This document shows positions 43,601 through 52,752 of a stretch of 64,000 nucleotides of DNA, in pieces. This DNA is from Planctomycetota bacterium (GTDB lineage: Bacteria > Planctomycetota > UBA11346). Position 1 is the stretch's first letter; every line of letters starts with the position of its first letter. The stretch is taken from NCBI GenBank assembly GCA_038213805.1, contig JBBQSO010000002.1, forward strand, positions 64,001-128,000, given 5' to 3'. Position numbers and translations under genes: made by a program. Below the pieces are notes generated by a model. That model made no database searches, was not told the DNA's origin, and saw nothing but the letters and a program-made list of their open reading frames with translations.

Positions 43601-44110
43601 GTGGTTACCGTCGACGAGCACGACCTTGGCCTTCTGCTGCGCGGGGTGGCCAGCGAAGTAGGCGCCGGAGAGCTTGCCGTACCACGGCCAGTCGTACTCG
43701 GTGTCGGTCGCCGAGTGCACGCCGACATAGCCGCCGCCGGCCTGGATGTAGCGCGTGAAGGCCTCCTTCTGCCCGGCGTCGAGCACCGTGCCGGTGGTGC
43801 ACAGCCACATCACCACTTTGTAGTTCTTGAGGTTGGCCTCGGTGAACAGCGCGGCGTCCTCGGTGGCGTCGACGCCGAAGCCGTTCTCGGCGCCGAGCTT
43901 CTTCACCGCCTCGACGCCCTTGGCGATCGCCCCACCGTGGCGGAACCCGGCGGTCTTGGAGAAGACCAGCACCTTGTAGGCGTCCGCGGCGCCGGCGAGT
44001 CCAGCGAGCGCGAGCAGCAGCGCGAGCGCCAGGACGCGCGTCAGCACAGCAGGGACGGCAGGGACGGAAAGTCGGACGCGGTCGGTGCAGGACTTGGTGA
44101 AAATGCGCAT
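40700..44110 (-). CDS. Secreted ThuA + glucose/sorbosone dehydrogenase-like propeller + PKD + cytochrome c + CBM6-like protein
   Basis: LVFSKTAGFRH; GHCGGCLSFG, LRGKILRI, GCRNPFR; NPTFTFAKPGLY; CMACH...MAAH; GFIDNGDW, NLNWLRF. Confidence 0.9.
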   Translation of the reverse strand: MRIFTKSCTDRVRLSVPAVPAVLTRVLALALLLALAGLAGAADAYKVLVFSKTAGFRHGGAIAKGVEAVKKLGAENGFGVDATEDAALFTEANLKNYKVVMWLCTTGTVLDAGQKEAFTRYIQAGGGYVGVHSATDTEYDWPWYGKLSGAYFAGHPAQQKAKVVLVDGNHPSTAGMPASFERFDEWYNFRQLPKDVHILLKIDETSYDAGPTKMGAEHPLAWYHEYEGGRAFYTEMGHTDESYAEPLYLKHLLGGVQWAAAGPALDFGKARPSDSRFEITSLGSGSDFPMELSVAADGRVFWCGKFGVISCYKPDTKAVVEVAKLPTYSLRSGEKGNTEDGCIGIVLDPDFMTNHWVYILRAMPGEAAEEHLARFTVSGDTIDLATEKTLLVVKDVRTIVGHCGGCLSFGPGGNLYMSCGDNTTPFESDGFSPMDYREPGKDARASASNTMDLRGKILRIHPEADGTYTIPKGNLFPPGTDKTRPEIYVMGCRNPFRHAVDSVTGYLYWGEVGPDSGKDGERGPKGHDEFNRATKAGYFGWPLFVGDNKPYAAYDFATKKLGDKFDPAHPINDSPVNTGIHELPPAQPAWMWYPYSKSEEFPDLGEGGRCAMSGPVYHFDPKLKNGTQFPAWYDGKLFLYEWMRNWVKTLDTTAADPRQTMVPFMPTFTWMKPMDMRFGPDGSLYVILWGTQWWDTKDSQVIRIDYIAGNRAPVAKAGSDVTAGKEPLAVKFTSTGTYDKDDGDVLKYEWRFTGDAVESSEPNPTFTFAKPGLYQAKLTVTDQGGKSAIAVVPITVGNAVPTIAITAPKGGGFFSWGKNLSYQIDVTDAEDGSTADGKISTRVKFSAQYIIGAEPKDLVGFEQSMMGGSVKGRQLILASDCMACHQPAVQSVGPAFTMIAAKYHDEKGIVEKLAQKIITGGGGVWGPIAMAAHPQHSKEVVSEMVGWILSLAETPPELAGASGAFTVVPKPKDDTGIYLLTATYTDRKVKTADGKEIPSNTVRTTVVLRNRMVRASSFSDQHGVQTEDTKDSGGGKSIGFIDNGDWMKFADIGLDGTTKMTFRVASAGSGGTIEVHLDKPEGDLIGSAEVKPTGDWQKWAEVQGAVKDPGGVHDLYLVFKGQGGGLFNLNWLRFEE

Positions 44111-44174
44111 GTGCTGAGGAACCTCGGGAAGGCGGAAAGGTGTGGGAGTGGTGGAATGGCGCGCGCGGGCAGCG

Positions 44175-44951
44175 TCACTTCTTGGTGGGCAGCTTGCGGC
44201 CGGCGGCGTACTCGATGCCGCCGAGGAGCTGCTGCAGATACAGGGGCTCGGCATAGCTCTCGTCGGTGTGGCCCATCTCGATGTAGAATGCGCGGCCGCC
44301 GTCGTAGTCGTGGTACCACTCGATGGGATGCTCGCCACCCATCGCCCCGCCCTGGTAGGTGCTCTCGTCGAGCTTGGCGAGAATGTGCAGGTCGGTGCCG
44401 AGCGACTTGAAGTTGTACCACTCGTCCTTGCGCTCGATGGCGTCCGGGATTCCTGCGGTGGCGGGGTGGTTGTGATCGACCACGCGCACGGTGGCCTTCT
44501 GCGGCGCGGGGTGGCCGGCGAAGTAGGCGCCCACCAGCTTGCCGTACCACGCCCACTCATACTCGGTGTCAGTCGCCGAGTGGACGCCGACGAAGCCGTT
44601 GCCGGCCTGGATGAAGGCGGTGAAGGCCTTGCGCTGGTCGTCGTCCAGGATGTGGCCGGTGGTGTTGAGGAACATCACCGCCTGGTACTTCTTCAAGGTC
44701 TCGGCCGTGAACAGCGCGGCGTCCTCGCTGGCGTCAACGGCGAAGCCGTGCTCCCCGCCGAGCTTCGTGACCGCGGCGGTGCCGGCCGCGATCGAGCCAT
44801 GGCGGAAACCGGCGGTTTTCGAGAACACCAGCAGGTTGAAGGGCTTGTCCGCAGTGTCGGCCGCATTGGCGACGCCGCCGCAGGCGAGCAGCAGGACGGT
44901 GGCCACGGGCGCCAGGCGGCGCAGGGTGGACGGGAGGCGGGTGCTGGTCAT
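44175..44951 (-). CDS. Secreted ThuA-like (class I glutamine amidotransferase fold) protein
   Basis: LVFSKTAGFRHGSI, FLNTTG, GVHSATDTEY, DEWYNF, GGRAFY, MGH. Confidence 0.9.
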   Translation of the reverse strand: MTSTRLPSTLRRLAPVATVLLLACGGVANAADTADKPFNLLVFSKTAGFRHGSIAAGTAAVTKLGGEHGFAVDASEDAALFTAETLKKYQAVMFLNTTGHILDDDQRKAFTAFIQAGNGFVGVHSATDTEYEWAWYGKLVGAYFAGHPAPQKATVRVVDHNHPATAGIPDAIERKDEWYNFKSLGTDLHILAKLDESTYQGGAMGGEHPIEWYHDYDGGRAFYIEMGHTDESYAEPLYLQQLLGGIEYAAGRKLPTKK

Positions 44952-45368
44952 GTGGACCTCGTCTAAGGGAAGGGTGGCGGGACGGGAGCGGGCGGGCCGG
45001 AAGCGCCCCGCGCAGGTACCTGGGAATCACGCACGAGCTGAGTCATTACCGAATGCAGGACAAGGCGTTGAGGCATGCATCAGAAGCCGCATGCACGGTG
45101 GCGATGCTGGAGGAGCGCCTGGACACCTGCATGAGTGTCGGGACACGAGCGTCAAATCGTTCCACATAATCCCCCGCAATTCCAACTGTGACATGCGGAT
45201 GCGTCAAAGGCAGATGCAAATCGTCCAAGCGGAATGGACAAACCTGACCGGCATGCGCAGCCCGGCCGGTCAGCCGGGTATCCCTGAGGCGGAGCAGGTG
45301 AGGTCCCGGGACCCCCCGTTCGATCCACGCATGGAACGTCATGCCTCGCTGCGGGTAGGGACAAGGCC

Positions 45369-47771
45369 ATGGAGATCATCGCGATGTCGCACCGGACCCG
45401 TCTCGCCGTGGCCCTCGTCCTGGGTGCACTCGTCACCGGCACGGTCATGGCGGCCGAGCCCCAGGTCGCACCGGGCACCCCCCTGCCCGGTGCCGTGCTG
45501 CCAGACGGCCTGGGCGTGAACATCCACTTCACCGACCCCCGCCCGGGCGAGCTCGAACAACTCGCTGCCGGCGGCTTCACCTGGGTGCGCATGGACTTCA
45601 CCTGGCAAGGCACCGAGCGCGCCGCCGGGGCCTATGACTTCGCCGCCTATGACCGCCTGCTCGCGGCGCTCGACGGCAAACACCTCCGCCCGGTCTTCAT
45701 CCTTGACTACGGCAACCCACTCTACGACGGCGGGCTGTCGCCCTGCACCGACGCCGGCCGTGCCGCGTTCTGCCGCTGGACTGCCGCCGCCGTGACGCAC
45801 TTCCGCGGCCGCGGCGTGATCTGGGAGATGTGGAACGAGCCCAACGGCGACTTCTGGAAGCCGCGCGTCAAGGTCGAGGACTACGTCGCTCTGGCGCGCG
45901 CCGTCGGGCCCGCCATCCGCGCCGCCGCGCCCGGTGAGCTGTACGTCGGCCCGGCCACCTCCACCATCGACCTGCGCTTCCTCGAGGCCTGTTTCCAGGG
46001 CGGCATGCTGCAATGGTGGGACGCGGTCAGCGTGCATCCCTACCGCCAGACCGCGCCCGAGACCGCCGGAGTCGAGTACGCGCGGCTGCGCGCGCTGATC
46101 CAGCGCTACGCGCCCGCGGGCCGGCGGGTGCCGATCCTGTCTGGTGAGTGGGGATACTCCTCGGCGTGGGAGGGTATCGACGAGGCGCTGCAAGGCCGCT
46201 ACCTGGCGCGCCAGTGGCTGACCGACATCGCCGCCGAGGTGCCGCTGTCGATCTGGTACGACTGGCACGAGGACGGCACCGACCCCAAGGAGGGCGAGCA
46301 CCATTTCGGCACCGTGCGCCACGCTTACACCGCGCTGGCCGTCGGCGCCCCGGCGGAATCCGGCCCCTACGCGCCCAAGCCCGCCTATCAGGCGGCGCGC
46401 GCCCTCACCGGCGCCCTGCGCGGTTTCACCTACTGCCGGCGCCTGGCGCTTGGACGCAGCGACGACTACGCGCTGCTCTTCGCCCAGGGCGAGCGCGTGG
46501 TGGTGGTGGCGTGGACCAGCGCGCGCACGGCCCACGAGGTGCTGATCCCGGCCAGCGCCGGCGCCATCGCGGTGACCGACCACCTGGGCGCGCCGCGCAC
46601 CTCGCTGGTTGCCGGCCCGCACGGCGTGACGGTGACCCTCGACGGCGGTCCGCAATATTTGGCCCCGGTCCAGCCCAACGATTTGCTGCGCGTCGCCGCC
46701 GCCTGCCCGCGCCTGCCGCCCGAGCTGCGCGTGCACGCGCCGGCCACCCTCACCGTGCCACTGCCCATCACCAACCCGCTGCCGCGCTCGCTGACTCTGG
46801 CGGTGGATGCCGGCGCGGGCGGTCCGTCCGCGCGCCTCGCCCTGCCACCCGGCGGCACCACGCAGGAGCAGCTGAGCTGGCCAGTCGCGCTGCGCGAGGA
46901 CGCGCCGCTGCGCCTGGTGTGGACGGTGGCGGACCTCGGCACCTTCGCGGAGGACGGGCGCATCGTGCCGACCAACCCCCTCGACCTCGAAGTGCTGCCG
47001 GTGCGCAGCCTCGACGCGGCCAGCCGGCTGCCGGTCCGCATCGCGAACACCGGCGGGGACGCCTGCGCTGGCACCATCTCGCTGCTTGAAGCCGACGGGC
47101 TGAACGCGCTGTGCGCCGTACCATACGCCTTCACGGCCGGGCAGACCGAGCAGATCGTGTCCCTGCCCCTGTCCAAGCCGCCCGCCGGGGGCTGGCGTGC
47201 GGGCGTGGTCGCGCACGACGGCCAGAGGCTGGTGCGCACCGTCGCCGCGCAGCGCTTCACCGCGCTGCCATGGGGCGGAGCGGACGCCGGCGCGCTCGCG
47301 ACGGGCTGGGAGGTGCAGCCCGATGGCGACCCCAAGGTCGGCTCCACCCAGGTCCTGGCGCCCGCTGAAGACGCTCTGACCGGATCGGCGCTCACCCTCG
47401 ATTACCAGTGCGGGGCGGGCTGGAAGTTCCTGCGCATCGTGCCGCGCAACGACGCGCTGCGCGCGCTGCCCGGCAGCCCGCGCGCGCTCGGCCTGTGGCT
47501 GCGCGGCGACGGCAGCGGCAACCACGCGCGCCTGCGCCTCACCGACAGCACCGGCCAGACCCACCAGCCCGGCGGCGAGCGCATCCAGTGGACGGGCTGG
47601 CGCTTCGTGCGCTTCGCCCTCGACGAGCCCGGCGCGCACTGGGGCGGCGCCAACGACGGCGTCCTCCACTACCCGCTGCGCCTCGACACGCTGCTGTTGA
47701 TCGATCAGGCGGATCCGGCGCACCCCTCGCAGGGTGTGATCGGCATTGCGGCGCCGACGCTGATGGAGTGA
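45369..47771 (+). CDS. Secreted clan GH-A glycoside hydrolase (GH5/GH39-like) with C-terminal beta-sandwich modules
   Basis: GVNIHF, WVRMDF, WEMWNEP (acid/base), SVHPY, LSGEWG (nucleophile). Confidence 0.82.
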   Translation: MEIIAMSHRTRLAVALVLGALVTGTVMAAEPQVAPGTPLPGAVLPDGLGVNIHFTDPRPGELEQLAAGGFTWVRMDFTWQGTERAAGAYDFAAYDRLLAALDGKHLRPVFILDYGNPLYDGGLSPCTDAGRAAFCRWTAAAVTHFRGRGVIWEMWNEPNGDFWKPRVKVEDYVALARAVGPAIRAAAPGELYVGPATSTIDLRFLEACFQGGMLQWWDAVSVHPYRQTAPETAGVEYARLRALIQRYAPAGRRVPILSGEWGYSSAWEGIDEALQGRYLARQWLTDIAAEVPLSIWYDWHEDGTDPKEGEHHFGTVRHAYTALAVGAPAESGPYAPKPAYQAARALTGALRGFTYCRRLALGRSDDYALLFAQGERVVVVAWTSARTAHEVLIPASAGAIAVTDHLGAPRTSLVAGPHGVTVTLDGGPQYLAPVQPNDLLRVAAACPRLPPELRVHAPATLTVPLPITNPLPRSLTLAVDAGAGGPSARLALPPGGTTQEQLSWPVALREDAPLRLVWTVADLGTFAEDGRIVPTNPLDLEVLPVRSLDAASRLPVRIANTGGDACAGTISLLEADGLNALCAVPYAFTAGQTEQIVSLPLSKPPAGGWRAGVVAHDGQRLVRTVAAQRFTALPWGGADAGALATGWEVQPDGDPKVGSTQVLAPAEDALTGSALTLDYQCGAGWKFLRIVPRNDALRALPGSPRALGLWLRGDGSGNHARLRLTDSTGQTHQPGGERIQWTGWRFVRFALDEPGAHWGGANDGVLHYPLRLDTLLLIDQADPAHPSQGVIGIAAPTLME

Positions 47772-47776
47772 GAGAG

Positions 47777-47887
47777 GGCTGATGGCTGATGGCTGACTAC
47801 CAACAACCGACAACCAACAACCGACCTCTGACAACCGGTGGCTGTCTTCCATCAGCCATCAGCCATCAGCCATCAGCGATCAGCGAT
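47777..47887. repeat. Nested heptamer arrays: GGCTGAT x3, CAACAAC/CGACAAC x5, ATCAGCC x5
   Basis: Outer arrays are reverse complements; located between convergent genes and overlapping the glyA stop. Confidence 0.9.
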
Positions 47888-49169
47888 AGATCGGAAACCG
47901 CTCGCACAGCGCGCGCGCCTCGGCCTTGATCCCGGCCAGCGCGGCCGCGTCATCGCGACCCTTCAGGGCGCGGTCGATCAGGCCCGCGATCTCGACCGCC
48001 TCGGCGGGTCCGAAGCCGCGGCTGCACACTGCGGGCGTGCCGATGCGGATGCCCGAGCCCTGCTGGGCGGGTTGGTCGTCGAAGGGGATGAGGTTCTTGT
48101 TCACCGTGATGCCGACCTCGTGGAGCTTGTCCTCGGCCTGTTTGCCGGTGACGCCCTGGCTCATCACGTTGAGCGAGAACAGATGGTTGTCCGTACCGCC
48201 CGAGACCACCTGCCAGCCCTTGGCGATGAAGGCCTCGGCCATGGCCTTGGCGCTGGCCTGCACGGCGCGCATGTAGGCGGTGAATTCCGGGCGCGCGGCC
48301 TCGGCGAAGGCCGTCGCCTTGGCGGCGATGACGTGCATCAGCGGGCCGCCCTGGATGCCGGGGAAGACCCGGCTGTTGACCTTCTTGGCATGCTCGGGGC
48401 TGCGCGCGAAGACCATGCCGCCGCGCGGGCCGCGCAGCGTCTTGTGGGTCGTGGTGGTGACGAAATCGGCGTGGCCGAAGGGCGAGGGGTGGCAGCCCGC
48501 CGCGACCAGGCCGGCGATGTGCGCCATATCGACGAACATCACCGCGCCGACCTTCTTGGCGATCGCCGCGAAGCGTGGGAAATCGAGGGTGCGCGAATAG
48601 TTCGAGGCGCCGGCGATGATCATCTTGGGCTGGAACTCGGTAGCGATGCGCTCGACCTCGTCGTAATCGATCGCCTGGCGGTCGCGGGTCACACCGTAGC
48701 TGGCGATGGTGTAGTCGAGGCCGCTGAAGTTGAGCTTGTAGCCGTGCGTCAGGTGGCCGCCGTGGTCGAGGCTCATGCCCAGGACCTTGTCGCCCTTCTG
48801 CAGGCCGGCGGCCATGTACACCGCCATGTTGGCCTGTGAGCCGGAGTGCGGTTGGACATTGACGCTGTAGTCGGTCTTGAACAACGCCTGCGCACGCGTG
48901 ATCGCCAGCACTTCGGCCTGGTCGACGAACTCGCAGCCGCCGTAGTAACGCTTACCGGGGTAGCCCTCGGCGTACTTGTTGGTCAGTACCGAGCCCTGCG
49001 CCTCGAGCACGGCCGTCGAGACGATGTTCTCGGACGCGATCAGCTCGATGGTGTACTGCTGGCGGTCCCACTCGCGCTGGATGATCGCGGCGAGTTCGGG
49101 ATCGGTCTCGGCGAGGGCGCGCGGGGTGGTGTGGCGGATGGACGAGGCGTTCGCGGACGTGGTGGCCAT
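47880..49169 (-). CDS. glyA: Serine hydroxymethyltransferase
   Basis: [51 protein letters not shown]. Confidence 0.98.
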   Translation of the reverse strand: MATTSANASSIRHTTPRALAETDPELAAIIQREWDRQQYTIELIASENIVSTAVLEAQGSVLTNKYAEGYPGKRYYGGCEFVDQAEVLAITRAQALFKTDYSVNVQPHSGSQANMAVYMAAGLQKGDKVLGMSLDHGGHLTHGYKLNFSGLDYTIASYGVTRDRQAIDYDEVERIATEFQPKMIIAGASNYSRTLDFPRFAAIAKKVGAVMFVDMAHIAGLVAAGCHPSPFGHADFVTTTTHKTLRGPRGGMVFARSPEHAKKVNSRVFPGIQGGPLMHVIAAKATAFAEAARPEFTAYMRAVQASAKAMAEAFIAKGWQVVSGGTDNHLFSLNVMSQGVTGKQAEDKLHEVGITVNKNLIPFDDQPAQQGSGIRIGTPAVCSRGFGPAEAVEIAGLIDRALKGRDDAAALAGIKAEARALCERFPIYR

Positions 49170-49215
49170 GGGCAGGCTCCTGACAGGTCCACCGGCTGGT
49201 GGAGGTTCGGGGGTA

Positions 49216-49316
49216 TGCCCAGGCGCGCGGCGGAAAGCTCGTAGAGCCAGGGACTTCCTCGCGGTTCTCCGCGTCGGCCCCGCCCATGGGGCAGAACCCA
49301 GCACCAGTCGTCCCTG
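49216..49316 (-). ncRNA. ZMP/ZTP (pfl) riboswitch
   Basis: Minus strand P1 CAGGGAC/GTCCCTG, GACTGGTG, P2 CGCGG-AGAA-CCGCG, AGGAA, 3' GCCGCGCGCCTGGGCA; directly upstream of glyA. Confidence 0.88.
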
Positions 49317-49382
49317 CGCGGCATGATGGCGTCGTGCGATGGTGCTCAAGCGGCAACCCGGACCGGCCGCTGGGCGGCCGGG

Positions 49383-49503
49383 GTCCGGAAGTCCGGAAGT
49401 CCGGAAGTCCGGAGATCGACAGCCATGCGAAGCCCAGCGTGCATGCGGTGGGGATTCGATGCCCACGAGACTTCCGGACTTCCGGACCTCTGGACCTCCT
49501 GAC
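49383..49503. repeat. Inverted pair of octamer arrays
   Basis: GTCCGGAA x4 (49383-49414) and GACTTCCG-type x4 (49469-49503). Confidence 0.92.
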
Positions 49504-49579
49504 CCTGGCCGGGCGCCGCCCGGTCAGCCGTGGACTCCACCCGGCGCGGGCTACGCTGCGCAGACCCAAGGAGTTCCCC

Positions 49580-49897
49580 ATGCCCGCCCGTCTGCTCTCC
49601 GTGCTCGGCGCCGCCACCCTGATCGTGATCTGCGGCCTCGCCGCGCTCACCGGCACCGGCTGCCGCCAGCGCAACGCGCCGCAGGTCTCGTACACCTACC
49701 ACAAGGCGGCCGCCACCGACCAGCAGCTCACCTATGACGAGCAGACCCTGCGCGACACCAGCGGCGTGGCCAACGTCATCTCGCACAACAGCGACAAGAG
49801 CGGCGCGACCATCGAGCTCTACCTCGATGCGGGCAACCAGTCGCCCGGGCGCGACAAGGCCGCCCAACTCGGCTACACCGTCATCAAGACCAACTGA
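49580..49897 (+). CDS. Small hypothetical exported protein or lipoprotein
   Basis: AAGGAG RBS, hydrophobic N-terminus ending TGTGC, host-like codon usage. Confidence 0.7.
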   Translation: MPARLLSVLGAATLIVICGLAALTGTGCRQRNAPQVSYTYHKAAATDQQLTYDEQTLRDTSGVANVISHNSDKSGATIELYLDAGNQSPGRDKAAQLGYTVIKTN

Positions 49898-49990
49898 ATT
49901 TCCAACCACACGCGTCACCGCAAGCCCGCCGGATCGTCTCCGCGGGACCTGCCGGCCGACACTCCACATCAGCCTCCCAAGGATCACCTC

Positions 49991-51424
49991 ATGAGCGCTT
50001 TCCCCGACGAACTCGCTGACGCCGGCGTCATCGGCATGGCCGTGATGGGCCGCAATCTCGCCAAGAACATCGAATCGCGCGGCCACACCGTGGCGATCTA
50101 CAACCGTTCCTACGAGAAGACCGAGGAGGTCATGCAGTGGGAGCACGGCAAGGAGGCGCGCTTCGTGCCCTGCCGCGAGCTCAAGGACTTCGTCGCCGCC
50201 ATCAAGCGCCCGCGCCGCATCATCATCATGGTGCAGGCCGGCAAGGGCACCGACGCGGTGATCGAGCAGATCGCTCCGCTGCTGGAGCAGGGCGACATCC
50301 TGGTCGACGGCGGCAACGCCTACTGGGGCGACACCGACCGCCGCAACGCCTTCGCCAAGGGCAAGAACTTCTTCTTCGTCGGCATGGGCGTGTCGGGCGG
50401 CGAAGAAGGCGCGCGCATCGGGCCGTCGATCATGCCCGGTGGCGACAAGGAGGCCGTGGCCAAGCTCATGCCGATCCTCAAGGAGATCAGCGCCAAGGTC
50501 GGCAAGAAGGGCGCTGAGGCTTGCGTCACCTACTGTGGCGAGGGCTCGGCCGGGCACTTCGTCAAGATGGTGCACAACGGCATCGAGTACGGCGACATGC
50601 AGATGATCGCCGAGGTCTACGACCTCATCCACCGCGGCCTGGGCAAGGGCCACAAGGACGCCGCCAAGATCTTCACCAAGTGGAACCAGGGCGAGCTCGC
50701 CAGCTTCCTCATCGAACTGACCGGCAACATCGCCGACAAGGCCGATCCCAAGAAGAAGGGCAAGTTCCTGCTCGATGCGATCCGCGACGCCGCCGGCCAG
50801 AAGGGCACCGGCAAGTGGACCACGGTCGCCGCGCTCGAGGCGGGCGTGCCGATCCCGACCATCACCGCCGCGGTCGACGCGCGCCTGATCTCGTCGCTCA
50901 AGGTCGAGCGCGAGGCGGCCGCGAAGATCCTCAAGCTCAAGGTCAAGAAGCTCAAGGGCATCACCATCAACGACCTCGCCAAGGCGCTCTACGCGGCCAA
51001 GATCGCGGCCTACGCCCAGGGCATGCGCCTGATCATCGAGGCGTCGAAGCAGCGCGGCTACAAGACCGACATCGGCAGCATCCCCGCAATCTGGCGCGGC
51101 GGCTGCATCATCCGCGCGGTGTTCCTTGACCGCATCACCACCGCCTTCAAGAAGCAGCCCAACCTGCCCAGCCTGCTCATCGCCGGCGAGTTCAAGAAGG
51201 ACATCGGCCGCACCCTGCCCGCGCTGCGCAAGGTGGTCGGCGCCGCCGTCACCGCCGGCCTGCCGGTGCCCGCGCTGTCGGCCTCGCTGGCCTACATCGA
51301 GGGCTACTGCACCGCGCGCCTGCCCGCCTACCTGACCCAGGCCCAGCGCGACGCGTTCGGCTCGCACACCTACGAGCGCAACGAGAAGCCCGGAGAGTTC
51401 GTGCACACCGAGTGGCTGGCCTGA
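49991..51424 (+). CDS. gndA: NADP-dependent 6-phosphogluconate dehydrogenase
   Basis: IGMAVMG, YNRS, VDGGN, GVSGGEEGA, VKMVHNGIEYGDMQ, QKGTGKWT, QAQRDAFGSHTY. Confidence 0.97.
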   Translation: MSAFPDELADAGVIGMAVMGRNLAKNIESRGHTVAIYNRSYEKTEEVMQWEHGKEARFVPCRELKDFVAAIKRPRRIIIMVQAGKGTDAVIEQIAPLLEQGDILVDGGNAYWGDTDRRNAFAKGKNFFFVGMGVSGGEEGARIGPSIMPGGDKEAVAKLMPILKEISAKVGKKGAEACVTYCGEGSAGHFVKMVHNGIEYGDMQMIAEVYDLIHRGLGKGHKDAAKIFTKWNQGELASFLIELTGNIADKADPKKKGKFLLDAIRDAAGQKGTGKWTTVAALEAGVPIPTITAAVDARLISSLKVEREAAAKILKLKVKKLKGITINDLAKALYAAKIAAYAQGMRLIIEASKQRGYKTDIGSIPAIWRGGCIIRAVFLDRITTAFKKQPNLPSLLIAGEFKKDIGRTLPALRKVVGAAVTAGLPVPALSASLAYIEGYCTARLPAYLTQAQRDAFGSHTYERNEKPGEFVHTEWLA

Positions 51425-51453
51425 GCGAGTCCACGGAAATCATCCGGGGGATG

Positions 51454-51492
51454 CGCCGAACCGGCGGGCTGTGCCCGCCGGTTCGGCGTTTC
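51454..51492 (+). terminator. Strong hairpin after gnd
   Basis: 16-bp stem CGCCGAACCGGCGGGC-TGT-GCCCGCCGGTTCGGCG then TTT. Confidence 0.7.
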
Positions 51493-51681
51493 CTGGGGAA
51501 TGCAAGAACACCGGCAGATCTCGCACACTGGGTGACGATTGAATCGCGCCTGCAGCGTTCCGAACGGCCCAGTTTCCCATGGCTCGAAAGCGGTCCGACA
51601 CCGCTCTGGACATCGCATGACGGCCCGCTGTCCTATCCACGCCGCTATGCCCACTTCCGACGCTCCCGCCGCGACTCCGCG

Positions 51682-52680
51682 ATGACCCTCCCCAACTCTC
51701 AACCGACCTCCGTGCCCTCCCGCCGCGGCCTCGCGACGCTGATGCTGCTCGGGTCGTGCGCGTCGTGGGGGCTAAGCTTCCCGCTGATGCGCGCCTACAA
51801 TCTCGCCATCGCTGGTCGGATCCCGGATGCCTCCAGTTGGTTCGCGGCCTCGTGGAGTTTGGCGGTGCGCTTCGCGGGCGCGGCCCTGCTGCTGCTCGCT
51901 TGGTTGGCGCTGCGCGGCCAGCTGCGCCGGCTGACCGCGCCCGAACGCGGCCAGGGGCTGGCGCTCGGCCTGTTCACCGCCCTGGGCATGCTGCTGCAGT
52001 GCGATGGCCTGAGCTACACCCAGGCTTCGACCTCGGCTTTTCTCACCCAATGCTACTGCATCTTTGTCCCGGCGTGGCTGGCGCTGCGCAGTCGGCGCCT
52101 GCCCGATCTGCGCGTGATGGTCGCGGCGTTGATGATGATGACCGGCATCGCCATCCTCGCCGGCCTCGACTGGCGGACGCTGCACCTAGGCCGCGGGGAG
52201 TGGGAGACTATCGGCGCATCGGCGGTGTTCACCGCGCAGATCCTGTGCGTCGACCGGCCGGCCTACGCCGGCAACCACCCGCTGCACGTGAGCTACCTGG
52301 CCTTTGCGGTGAGCGCCGCGCTGTTCCTGCCGGTGGCGCTGGTCACAGCCCCTGCACCCGCGGCGCTGTGGCAGGCCCTGGCAGATCCGGCAATGGGCGC
52401 CTGCCTGCTCGCCCTGACCCTGATCTCGACCCTGCTCGGCATGGTGCTGATGTTCACCTGGCAGCGCCACCTGGAGGCGACCGCCGCCGCGCTGATCTAC
52501 GGCTGCGAACCGCTCTTCGCCAGCGCCTTCGCTTTCGTGCTGCCCGGCCTGCTTGCAACCGCCCTGGGCATCGCCTACGCGAATGAGCGCTTCACCACCA
52601 GCCTGGTGATCGGCGGCGCGCTCATCATCGGCGCGAACGTGCTCGTCCAGCTCCGCCCGAAGGCACGCGCCGCTCCTTGA
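51682..52680 (+). CDS. DMT/EamA family transporter
   Basis: About 10 TMs; WGLSF, GLSYTQASTSAFLT, ALIYGCEPLFA. Confidence 0.9.
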   Translation: MTLPNSQPTSVPSRRGLATLMLLGSCASWGLSFPLMRAYNLAIAGRIPDASSWFAASWSLAVRFAGAALLLLAWLALRGQLRRLTAPERGQGLALGLFTALGMLLQCDGLSYTQASTSAFLTQCYCIFVPAWLALRSRRLPDLRVMVAALMMMTGIAILAGLDWRTLHLGRGEWETIGASAVFTAQILCVDRPAYAGNHPLHVSYLAFAVSAALFLPVALVTAPAPAALWQALADPAMGACLLALTLISTLLGMVLMFTWQRHLEATAAALIYGCEPLFASAFAFVLPGLLATALGIAYANERFTTSLVIGGALIIGANVLVQLRPKARAAP

Positions 52681-52722
52681 GCGGCTTCATTCCCACAGCG
52701 CTGGTGGGCCGCAGTCACCCTA

Positions 52723-52752
52723 CTCGCGTCTCGCGACTCGCGTCTGCGACTC
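52723..52752. repeat. Short heptamer array CTCGCG(T/A)
   Basis: CTCGCGT CTCGCGA CTCGCGT plus a degenerate unit. Confidence 0.7.

Noticed and set aside
49170..49466. N-terminal extensions in the ORF track (glyA; also urtA, Dabb, ThuA fusion, mnmG, hisH, DMT, ABC exporter)
   Set aside because: They run through riboswitch, repeat or promoter DNA; downstream starts match family N-termini
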